A stretch of DNA of 64,000 nucleotides from an uncultured Rikenellaceae bacterium (GTDB taxonomy: Bacteria; Bacteroidota; Bacteroidia; Bacteroidales; VadinHA17): assembly GCA_964596715.1 (NCBI GenBank), contig CAZQVL010000002.1, positions 50,829 to 114,828 of the forward strand, given 5' to 3'. The translations under genes and the position numbers were made by a program. The notes below the pieces were generated by a model, which saw nothing but the letters and a program-made list of their open reading frames with translations, made no database searches and was not told the origin of the DNA. Shown piece by piece: positions 31,004-39,390 of the stretch (position 1 is its first letter; the number at the start of each line of letters is the position of its first letter).

Positions 31004-31819
31004 ATGCCAATAACGAATAATGATAATTTTGATTTTATTTCATTGATTCAGACCCAGGGTCTGGATGATCATATTGCAAGCCTTCGTTATGCTGGGATGA
31101 TCCAGCATGCTCTCTTGCCGGATCATGATATTCTCGGTGAGATTCTCAAGGATTATTTTGTGTTGTTTCTTCCTCGTGATATTGTTAGTGGTGATTTCTA
31201 TTATGCATTTTGTAACCGCCAGTATATTTGTATTGCTGCGGGTGATTGTACCGGGCATGGAGTTCCTGGTGCTTTAATGAGTATTCTCGGAATAAGTTTC
31301 CTGAATGAGATATTTCAGTCGAAAGCAGATCTGAAAGCTAACAGGATACTGAATCTAATGAGGGAAAAGGTCATGAAAGCCCTGCATCAGACTGGTGGAC
31401 GTGTAGAAGCAAAAGACAGTATTGATATTGGCCTCTGTATTGTGGAACGGGGCATCGAGAAACTTCAGTTTTCAGGTGCCAACAGACCTCTTATTATGAT
31501 GAGGGATGGTGTAATGAATGAATTTAAACCTGATAAAATGACAATAGGCATTGCACCTCTTATTGAACAACCTTTTACAAATAATGTGATAGATATCTTA
31601 CCAGGCGATTCATTTTATCTTTTTTCTGACGGATTCTCTGATCAGTTTGGCGAAGTAACCGATAAAAAGTTCAAATACAAACAGTTCAAGCATATTCTTG
31701 AATCTGTTACCGGATTATCAATGGCTATGCAGAAAGAATGTCTTGAATACTCTTTTAATGAATGGAAAGGCAATACACGGCAGATTGATGATGTGCTTGT
31801 TTTTGGTTTTCAGTTTTAA
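31004..31819 (+). CDS. Stand-alone SpoIIE/PP2C-type phosphatase
   Basis: VSGDFY, AAGDCTGHGVPGA, DSIDIG, FSDGFSDQFG, IDDV; no sensor domain. Confidence 0.88.
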   Translation: MPITNNDNFDFISLIQTQGLDDHIASLRYAGMIQHALLPDHDILGEILKDYFVLFLPRDIVSGDFYYAFCNRQYICIAAGDCTGHGVPGALMSILGISFLNEIFQSKADLKANRILNLMREKVMKALHQTGGRVEAKDSIDIGLCIVERGIEKLQFSGANRPLIMMRDGVMNEFKPDKMTIGIAPLIEQPFTNNVIDILPGDSFYLFSDGFSDQFGEVTDKKFKYKQFKHILESVTGLSMAMQKECLEYSFNEWKGNTRQIDDVLVFGFQF

Positions 31820-31830
31820 TTGTTTTCGGT

Positions 31831-34119
31831 ATGATGAAGCTGATAGCTTTCAGGATAATGAATTTCCGGTCGATTATTGATACGGACTGGCAAAGTTTAT
31901 CTCCTGACAATATCACCTGTCTTATTGGTCAGAATGAATCAGGGAAGACATCTGTTCTGGAAGCTTTGAGGGCTTTTTATTCAGGAAAAATAACTGAGGA
32001 CATATTAAGAAGCGATCTTTCTTTACCTGAGGTCAGCTGCCGGTTCAGTATCCCGGAAGGCTGGCTTACCTCGGTTACGGATAATCCGGGAACCGAATTG
32101 AAAGAGCTGTTATCAAGCCTTAATCATCTCGAGCTGACAAGGAAATGGCTTCCTGACCTTACGTCAGTTATTTATGTAAGTGGAAAAATAAGTCAATATC
32201 TTGATTCTCTGGAAGATGCATGGAGGCTTTATCTGTATGATGTTACAGTGAAACTGCGGGATGAGATTAATCAGATAAACAACTATGAAAAAGAGTTGAA
32301 AAACCTGACTGATGAGGAATCGGAGATAAAGTTAAAAGAAACACTGGCAAAGGGAAGCGGAAGAGGATTTAAGTTATTTGGGAAAAGAGCGGTTGATTTG
32401 TCTACAGCGCCTAGAAATCAGTATCATAACCTGAAGAATCAACTGGATGAGATAAGAAGCCGTGAAGAAATAATCAGAGGGGAATTATTAAAGAAGAAGC
32501 CAATAGCCAAAGCTGGAGAAAAATGGTTAAAGCTGGAGGAAAGATATTATGCTATCGATAAGCATCTTTCAGAGCTGGCTGTCGCAATGGAGGAAAGGCA
32601 TCAGAAGATGATCCTTCTTGTGAAACCTGACGATGATGGTGATGATATTGAATGGAATAACACTATTAATGATTACAGGAAGACTCGGGCTGAACGGGAA
32701 GTGATGCAGGAGGAGCTTAACAGGCACATAGCCCTGGCAGGATATATTATGGATGGATTCTCCGAAGAGAATGCAGAGAAGAAGGTAAATGAGATAGTAA
32801 GATCATACAAATCCCATTATAACAGTGAGATTCTGGGTAGTAAATACTATGAATACTGTCCGGTTTTTGAATTATTTGAGGATTTTGGCAGTCTGCTGCC
32901 CAACAGGATAGATTTGGATGATATCATGGAAGGAAACACCACGGTTGAGGGCTACAAAGCAGCACGCAATTTTCTTTCCCTGGCACAGGTGAATTATTCA
33001 TTTTTTCAGCAACCTTCAAGACGGATCCTTAAACAGAAAATTGAAAATCTAAATCATAATCTTACAAACAATTTTCGGGAATTCTGGCAGCAGTCAATAG
33101 GCAGGAATAATAAGATAAACATTCAGTTTGATCTCGATCATTATAGTTCTTCCAATGGTGAAAAGACAGGGAAGCCTTATCTTGAGTTCTGGATCAAGGA
33201 TGAGGGTGAGCGTCTATACCCCAAACAAAGAAGTCGCGGTGTCAGATGGTTCCTCTCTTTTTATCTCGAATTACAAGCCTCTGCAAGCAACAGTAGTACG
33301 CCTATGGTTCTACTTGTTGACGAACCGGGAGTAAGCCTTCATGCCCGTGCACAGGAAGATGTTCTCAAAGTATTTGAGGATATCAGCAGGAAAATACAGA
33401 TTATATATACAACACATTCACCTCATCTTGTGGAAATTAATAAACTGCACAGAGTAATGGCAGTACAGCGCGACAATCTTGATAACTATAAAAGTACAAC
33501 AAGAATACTCGATCCTTTGCGATTATCTTCAGCCACACCTGATACATTGACTCCGTTGCAGAGCATTCTCGGGCAGCCTGTGTCTGAAGAAGGATTCTCA
33601 GCAAAGAAATTTAATCTGATTGTAAATGATATAGGATCATTCTGCTTGTTAAATGCTATAATTATTCTTACCAGATTTAAGGGACAGATAAGCCTGATTC
33701 CCTCCACAAACGTTCCTTACATCCCGCTGTTATGTAATATCTTTATAGGATGGGGATTGGAGTTTGGTGTGCTTCTATTTGAAAATGAAAATGAAAACCA
33801 GATGGGGGAGGAGCTGAAAAAAACTGTTTTCAAGACTGAAAGCAGTGGCAGTGAGTTGATAATTAAAATGCCGGAAATGTTCCTGAATGCTGAAGATCTG
33901 TTATCAACACTTGATTTTAAAAACCATATTCTCAAAAGCAGGGAAGGGATTACTGTACCTAATTCTGTTTATGTCAGGGAAAAAGAGATACCGAGGAACT
34001 TTGTGCTGAGCAGGTTCCTGAGTAACGTTAAATCAGGAATGATAAAACTGTCCGATTTTGATGAAGAGACTCTTGAAAATTTTAAACTCATTACTGATCT
34101 TCTTAAAGGTTTGAAATAG
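31831..34119 (+). CDS. OLD/AAA_15-like ABC ATPase with coiled-coil insert and degenerate TOPRIM-like C-terminus
   Basis: NFRSI, Walker A GQNESGKT, RSRGVRWFLSFY, Walker B LLVDEPGVSLH, H-loop TTHSP. Confidence 0.75.
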   Translation: MMKLIAFRIMNFRSIIDTDWQSLSPDNITCLIGQNESGKTSVLEALRAFYSGKITEDILRSDLSLPEVSCRFSIPEGWLTSVTDNPGTELKELLSSLNHLELTRKWLPDLTSVIYVSGKISQYLDSLEDAWRLYLYDVTVKLRDEINQINNYEKELKNLTDEESEIKLKETLAKGSGRGFKLFGKRAVDLSTAPRNQYHNLKNQLDEIRSREEIIRGELLKKKPIAKAGEKWLKLEERYYAIDKHLSELAVAMEERHQKMILLVKPDDDGDDIEWNNTINDYRKTRAEREVMQEELNRHIALAGYIMDGFSEENAEKKVNEIVRSYKSHYNSEILGSKYYEYCPVFELFEDFGSLLPNRIDLDDIMEGNTTVEGYKAARNFLSLAQVNYSFFQQPSRRILKQKIENLNHNLTNNFREFWQQSIGRNNKINIQFDLDHYSSSNGEKTGKPYLEFWIKDEGERLYPKQRSRGVRWFLSFYLELQASASNSSTPMVLLVDEPGVSLHARAQEDVLKVFEDISRKIQIIYTTHSPHLVEINKLHRVMAVQRDNLDNYKSTTRILDPLRLSSATPDTLTPLQSILGQPVSEEGFSAKKFNLIVNDIGSFCLLNAIIILTRFKGQISLIPSTNVPYIPLLCNIFIGWGLEFGVLLFENENENQMGEELKKTVFKTESSGSELIIKMPEMFLNAEDLLSTLDFKNHILKSREGITVPNSVYVREKEIPRNFVLSRFLSNVKSGMIKLSDFDEETLENFKLITDLLKGLK

Positions 34120-34177
34120 ATAGTTTTTATTTTGCACTGTACTGCTGATTTTTTACATTTGTCGGATTTTCGGGTGA

Positions 34178-34243
34178 CCCTCCTTCGCTAAAGCTTCGGA
34201 CTGCGTCCGACGGAGCGGACTTCGTCCGACGAAGTCGGAGGGC
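34178..34243. repeat. Nested palindromic (REP-like) element upstream of tRNA-Ser
   Basis: Outer CCCTCC/GGAGGG arms enclosing TTCGCTAAAGCTTCGGA and a perfect inner palindrome GACTTCGTC-C-GACGAAGTC. Confidence 0.7.
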
Positions 34244-34269
34244 AAAGGTGGCAATAATAAGCCGGAACA

Positions 34270-34357
<88 letters not shown>

Positions 34358-34361
34358 GAAG

Positions 34362-34546
34362 CCAAATTACTCCCACAGCTTGCTGTGGGATTTTTGTTTT
34401 CGGCAGGCCGATCCAGGCTTGCCTGAGTGAGGACTGCAGAAAACAAAAAGATCAACGAGTGAAACGAGTTGGGAGTAATTTGGAGTTGCAGATACCCCAA
34501 AAGGGATCACGCCCGAATTGCATGAGGGCGTAATCCCTCAGACTCC
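34362..34546. repeat. tRNA-linked multi-hairpin (cruciform) element
   Basis: 14-bp outer inverted repeat CCAAATTACTCCCA/TGGGAGTAATTTGG, 11-bp inner inverted repeat, GCTTGC-capped side hairpins, and a further 11/12-bp hairpin at 34503-34537. Confidence 0.8.
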
Positions 34547-34566
34547 TGAACTTACCCCCAAGCCCA

Positions 34567-34586
34567 CTCTCTTAGCCATAAGAGAG
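34567..34586. repeat. Short hairpin after a C-rich tract
   Basis: CTCTCTTA-GCCA-TAAGAGAG preceded by CTTACCCCCAAGCCC. Confidence 0.5.
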
Positions 34587-34787
34587 GAGACTTAAATAAC
34601 AGGATATTAGCAAATTACTACTATAAGGGCATGCTTTATTAAATCATTATAATATTGATCTGTAGATGGATATGTTTTATGATAAAATATGGATAACATA
34701 AATAAAATTGCTTTTAAGCTAAGTAAGGTTTAACTTTGATAAAGCAACAAATAGGATTCAGATTTTTTTTTAGAATCTAATAATCTG

Positions 34788-35528
34788 ATGGAAAGCATTA
34801 TAGAGGATTATACTTGCGATATTTCAAAAAGGTGCCGTCAGAAAGCCATCAAATGCCTTATATGTCTCTTAGTCCTTTCTGGAATATTCTGTTTAATACA
34901 ATGCGGTGAACAAAACGGCAATTCCGACAAAAAACCAGGTATAGATAATCTTACCGATGATTCTCTTCTGACACTGGTTCAATACAGAACTTTCCAGTAC
35001 TTCAGTGACGGGGCCGAAACTACATCCGGGATGGCAAGGGAACGTTATCATGTTGACGGTATTTATCCGGAAAATGATATGAATGTTGTTACTTCAGGTG
35101 GTACAGGTTTCGGTGTGATGGGCATACTGGTTGGTATTGAAAAGGGCTTCATAACGAGGGATGAAGGTCTTAAACATCTTCAGAAGGTTGTCACTTTTCT
35201 CCAGGGTGCTGACCGTTTTCACGGGGCCTGGTCACACTGGATCTACGGCGAAACAGGTAAAGTGAAACCGTTCTCTCAAAAGGATAACGGAGCAGATATT
35301 GTTGAGACTGCTTACCTTATACAGGGGTTACTTGCTGTAAGACAATATTTTGAAGACGGAACCGCATTCAGTATTGAGAAAGACTGGTATTCTAAGAGAT
35401 ATCTTGCCATCGACCAGGGACCAGTAATTGTTATGATCGGGAACTACCGGACAGATTTGCTATGGAATCTTTTTATGTCGTGCCCTGAAATAAAATCGGG
35501 ATTAAATTCACTTGGATTTATTTACTAG
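34788..35528 (+). pseudogene. Glucoamylase-like/GH144 (endo-beta-1,2-glucanase-type) lipoprotein with a large in-frame internal deletion
   Basis: N-terminal motifs (SGMARER, VVTSGGTGFG, RFHGAWSHW, DNGADIVETAYL) join directly at about 35361 to the extreme C-terminal motif (AFS...YLAIDQGP...LLWNLFMSCPE); 246 aa. Confidence 0.75.
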
Positions 35529-35670
35529 TCCGGGTGAACAATAATATTCTGCCAGGGTGAAAAAAATAATGCACATATTGAATAACCTAATTTAAATTAA
35601 ATAACTTCACTCCGTTTTTATAAAACTAACCGATTAACAATATAATCGAAAAATTAAACAATGCATTAAA

Positions 35671-36273
35671 ATGGATAGAAAAATGAAAAACAAGGTGTTT
35701 ATGGGATTAGCAACCCTATTGATGATTGCTTTCCTGGTTGGTTGTGGTAAAGCCCCTCAGGATCAAATTGATGCTGTAAATGATTCTATTGAAGCTGCCA
35801 AAGCTGCTGAGGCTGATCTGTATTTTCCAACTGAATTCGCAGTTGTTCAGGACCAGATGGATGCAGTTATGGTCGACATTGAAGCTCAGAAGTCAAAATT
35901 GTTTGGGAAATATGATGCTGTTAAAATGAAACTTGACTCAACATTAGCACTGGCAAATCAACTTACTGCAAACATTGCTGCTAAGAAAGAAGAGGTTAAG
36001 AAAGAGGTTGAAGCTTTAATAACAGAAATTAAAACAGTTATTAAAGAGAATAAGACACTTATTACTAAAGCTCCAAGAGGAAAGGAAGGCCAGGCTGTTA
36101 TCGACCAGATTGAAACTGAAATGGATACTATCGAAGGTTCTGTTGTTGAAGCACAGGATTTATACGACAAAGGTGCCTTTATGGATGCTCTAAACAAAAC
36201 TAAAGCTGCCAGCGAAGGTGCAACTGGTATCAATACTGAACTGAAGGAAGCTATTGCAAAGGTCAGAAGATAA
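35671..36273 (+). CDS. All-helical coiled-coil lipoprotein (DUF4398-like)
   Basis: Lipobox LVG-C; Ala/Glu/Lys-rich amphipathic helices throughout. Confidence 0.8.
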   Translation: MDRKMKNKVFMGLATLLMIAFLVGCGKAPQDQIDAVNDSIEAAKAAEADLYFPTEFAVVQDQMDAVMVDIEAQKSKLFGKYDAVKMKLDSTLALANQLTANIAAKKEEVKKEVEALITEIKTVIKENKTLITKAPRGKEGQAVIDQIETEMDTIEGSVVEAQDLYDKGAFMDALNKTKAASEGATGINTELKEAIAKVRR

Positions 36274-36356
36274 TTGATATTGAGGGTCCTTATATTTTAT
36301 GAAGTTGGACTAAATATTATTTAATCCACACTGAAGCTGTCGATAAAAGTCATTAA

Positions 36357-36509
36357 TAACCGCAAAATACGCTAAGCCCGTCTTCTCTGCCGGTTGGCGG
36401 ATACAGTGGGAAAATCAGGTGCAAAGTACACAAAGTTATTATTTTCAATATCAACTCTTTGCGCTCGTTACTATCCCGGGTCATCGGGACTTTGCAGCCT
36501 TTGCGGTTA
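36357..36509. repeat. MITE-like element bounded by inverted CGCAAA(G)-type repeats
   Basis: Terminal TAACCGCAAA/TTTGCGGTTA (10/10) with internal GCAAAG/CTTTGC copies. Confidence 0.6.
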
Positions 36510-36554
36510 ATTTATTAACTTAAGACAGCCTCTTTATTAGAATCGCAGGTTGTA

Positions 36555-37667
36555 ATGAGAAAGATTGGGAAATATTTCCTGGTTCCTGCAGTAATTGCAA
36601 TAAATATTCCATTGATAGTATTCATTTTGATCCGTCTTACGCCCCAGCCTCCTGTAAACAAAATGGAATATGCAAGGAAAACACTTTCCGAAGCGAGATT
36701 TAATAAAGCAGATATTTATTCCGAAAAACTTTTTGGTGAAGCAAATCTCCTTTATGACTCTGCAATGTTAAAATGGCAAAATGAAAACAGAAGGTTCATA
36801 TATTTCAGAAATTATGATTGTGTAGAATTGCTTGCTGAAATCTCAGCTGTAAATGCCGGAGAAGCAATTAAAGGTGCGAAAAGTAATGCATCGAATCTTA
36901 TTATCAGACTTCAGCTAAAGATCGACTCTCTTAGAAATATCATTACGGAACTGGGCAAAAACTTTACAACATATCCACTTAGCCCGGAAGTCCGGACTGC
37001 AATTTCGAAGGGTAAATTTTTGCTCAAAGAAGCTGAAATTGATTATAATACAGGTGAGTATGTCAGTGCATACAGGAAAACAAGCGATTCTGAATTGCTG
37101 CTTCGACCATCCTTTGAAATAGCAGGTACAAATCTTATAGAGTATTTCAATTCATTTTCATTATGGAAGAAGTGGACAGACAAAACCATAAACGAGTCGA
37201 AGCTGAACCATAATTATGCTCTGATTATAGATAAATTTTCGCATAAATGTCTGGTATATTATAATGGAGTGAAAAGGTACGAGTACAATGTTGAACTTGG
37301 CCGTAACTGGGTCGGTGATAAACGGGTAAAAGGCGACTACGCAACACCGGAGGGAATGTATAAGATAATAAAAAAAATCGACACTTACAAAACTAAATAT
37401 TATAAAGCGCTTTTGCTCGATTACCCAAACGAAGAGGATAATGAGAGATTCAAACAGGAAATAGCTAATGGTACACTTCCTGCTTCAGCTAAACAGGGAA
37501 GCCTCATTGAGATACATGGCAACGGGGGAAAAGGTATTGACTGGACAGAAGGGTGTATTGCACTTACAGATTCCGAGATGGATGCAGTCTTTAAAATTGC
37601 GAAAACAGGTACACCGGTGACTATAGTCGGATCGACGGTCAATCTACAGCAATTATTAAAGAGATAA
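36555..37667 (+). CDS. L,D-transpeptidase-family protein, YafK/DpaA-like, with N-terminal TM and helical domain
   Basis: GDKRVKGDYATPEGMY, LLDYPNEED, catalytic IEIHG...WTEGCIAL. Confidence 0.88.
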   Translation: MRKIGKYFLVPAVIAINIPLIVFILIRLTPQPPVNKMEYARKTLSEARFNKADIYSEKLFGEANLLYDSAMLKWQNENRRFIYFRNYDCVELLAEISAVNAGEAIKGAKSNASNLIIRLQLKIDSLRNIITELGKNFTTYPLSPEVRTAISKGKFLLKEAEIDYNTGEYVSAYRKTSDSELLLRPSFEIAGTNLIEYFNSFSLWKKWTDKTINESKLNHNYALIIDKFSHKCLVYYNGVKRYEYNVELGRNWVGDKRVKGDYATPEGMYKIIKKIDTYKTKYYKALLLDYPNEEDNERFKQEIANGTLPASAKQGSLIEIHGNGGKGIDWTEGCIALTDSEMDAVFKIAKTGTPVTIVGSTVNLQQLLKR

Positions 37668-37677
37668 CAATCATGCT

Positions 37678-38484
37678 ATGGAAAATGAAAAACTAACAAA
37701 AGGAAGTGTGCACCCAGAAAATAAATCAGGGAATCGTTTTACTGAGATAACGGCTGAAATCATAAAGCATATAAATAATCTTTATCAGAAAATCCTTCAA
37801 AATAAAAAACTTACTGGCCGCCTCCGGTCAGTCATGATATCTGTTATTTATATTTTTATAATCCTTCTTGTCTTTGTATTTATACTATACTTAATCCCTG
37901 GTCTACAAGAACTTACACCTGGCATGACGACAAAAATCATAAACAACAGGGAATTAAAGCAGAATCAGGAATATAACAAACAGATAAGTCTTTTAAACAG
38001 AGAGATTCAATACCTGTCAAGGAAATATAATTCATTTTCAACAGGTCAGTCATATATTATAATTAATACTACTGATAACAGGTTCTTCCTGTACAGGAAT
38101 AAGAAGCTTATACGTGAAGGATTTTGCAGCTCAGGAAGTTATACATTGCTCCGGACCCATGGAGAGAGGAAGTGGATATTTAAAACACCCAAGGGAAAAT
38201 ATTGGATTCAGGGAAAGACCATGTACCCTGTCTGGAGAAAACCCGATTGGGCATTTGTTGAAGAAGGACTTCCGGTTCCTCCTGAGAATGATGTCTCAAG
38301 ATGGGAGTACGGAGTGCTTGGGGACTACGCACTGAGCATAGGTGACGGATATCTGATACATGGTACACTTTACAAACGATTTCTGGGTATGCCTGTAACA
38401 CATGGCTGTGTTCGCCTCAATGACGAAGATCTTAAGGTTATTTACCATACCCTTAATATTGGTTCCAAGGTGTTTATTTTCTGA
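37678..38484 (+). CDS. L,D-transpeptidase (YkuD-type), membrane-anchored
   Basis: FKTPKG, PVWRKPDW, catalytic YLIHGT...PVTHGCVRL. Confidence 0.9.
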   Translation: MENEKLTKGSVHPENKSGNRFTEITAEIIKHINNLYQKILQNKKLTGRLRSVMISVIYIFIILLVFVFILYLIPGLQELTPGMTTKIINNRELKQNQEYNKQISLLNREIQYLSRKYNSFSTGQSYIIINTTDNRFFLYRNKKLIREGFCSSGSYTLLRTHGERKWIFKTPKGKYWIQGKTMYPVWRKPDWAFVEEGLPVPPENDVSRWEYGVLGDYALSIGDGYLIHGTLYKRFLGMPVTHGCVRLNDEDLKVIYHTLNIGSKVFIF

Positions 38485-38506
38485 TCAGACAGTTGGAGGG
38501 AATCCT

Positions 38507-39307
38507 ATGGAAACAGAAACCAGATCATACAAAAGAGGCAGAAAAAATACTATTCTTCTTCTGTCAGTTTTCCTGCCAGCATTCATTTTATATTATACTA
38601 TAATGTCAATTATGGCTCCTGGTAGAAAATTGTCGGTAATAAAGGATGAGTTCAGCTTTAAGCAGGATGAAAGTAACATTAATGATGAAAGGATTGCCTC
38701 TGATTCAGTTTATCTGAACTTATTAAAACAAAAGGATTTTCTCCAGTCAAAGATCACAATGGCAGAAACTGATTCAATCTATCTGACTATTAACCTTAAT
38801 GATAGCACAACCAATATTGAAATAAGCGGGGTCGTTGTTCACACTTCAAAAATGAAAAAAATAGCAACAAGCAAAATTCTCGACAAAGGGGATGATATTG
38901 AAATATTAGAAATGTTATCGTTACCGATGAGTATAGTGAATGATTATTCAACAATTAAGAAAGAACCATTAATGATTAAGATGGCACCCAGGGATACTTC
39001 AGAGTATAAACCTGATATCATCCCTGATACATCTGATTTTGAGTCTGTTAATTATATCCTTGAGTTAGAATGCGGAATAAAGATCCATGTTTATCAGGAA
39101 GAAAATACTGAAATCAGCGACAGGATCCACCTTTTCTGGTTTGACCTGGCTGACAGGATCCGTACTGCTCTCAGATCGATTACAAGTGTTTTTCTTTTAA
39201 AAGTACCTGATTATCAGCCCAGCATAAAGATAAGGCTGCCAAAATCTGACGCAAAGATTCTGTACAGAGCCATTCCGTATCATGGACAGATAGCTGTTTA
39301 CCTTTAG
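38507..39307 (+). CDS. Membrane-anchored protein, probable catalytically dead L,D-transpeptidase paralog
   Basis: YkuD-like entry strand IYLTINLNDS and exit IKIRLPKSDAKILYRAIP, but no HG...GC motif; start at ATG 38507. Confidence 0.55.
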   Translation: METETRSYKRGRKNTILLLSVFLPAFILYYTIMSIMAPGRKLSVIKDEFSFKQDESNINDERIASDSVYLNLLKQKDFLQSKITMAETDSIYLTINLNDSTTNIEISGVVVHTSKMKKIATSKILDKGDDIEILEMLSLPMSIVNDYSTIKKEPLMIKMAPRDTSEYKPDIIPDTSDFESVNYILELECGIKIHVYQEENTEISDRIHLFWFDLADRIRTALRSITSVFLLKVPDYQPSIKIRLPKSDAKILYRAIPYHGQIAVYL

Positions 39308-39390
39308 CACTTCTTTTTTCAAAAAATCATAATCACATATCGAAAAAAAAATGTAGGTTTGAAGAGGACTCTAAAGCTTGTACTTTTTAC

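Noticed and set aside
31831-34119. Complete Gabija, PARIS or retron defence system
   Set aside because: No UvrD-like GajB, AriB-like nuclease or reverse transcriptase next to the ATPase.
34362-34546. Riboswitch or known ncRNA
   Set aside because: No recognisable aptamer consensus (TPP, cobalamin, SAM etc.); the symmetry works equally on both strands, as expected for a DNA palindrome.
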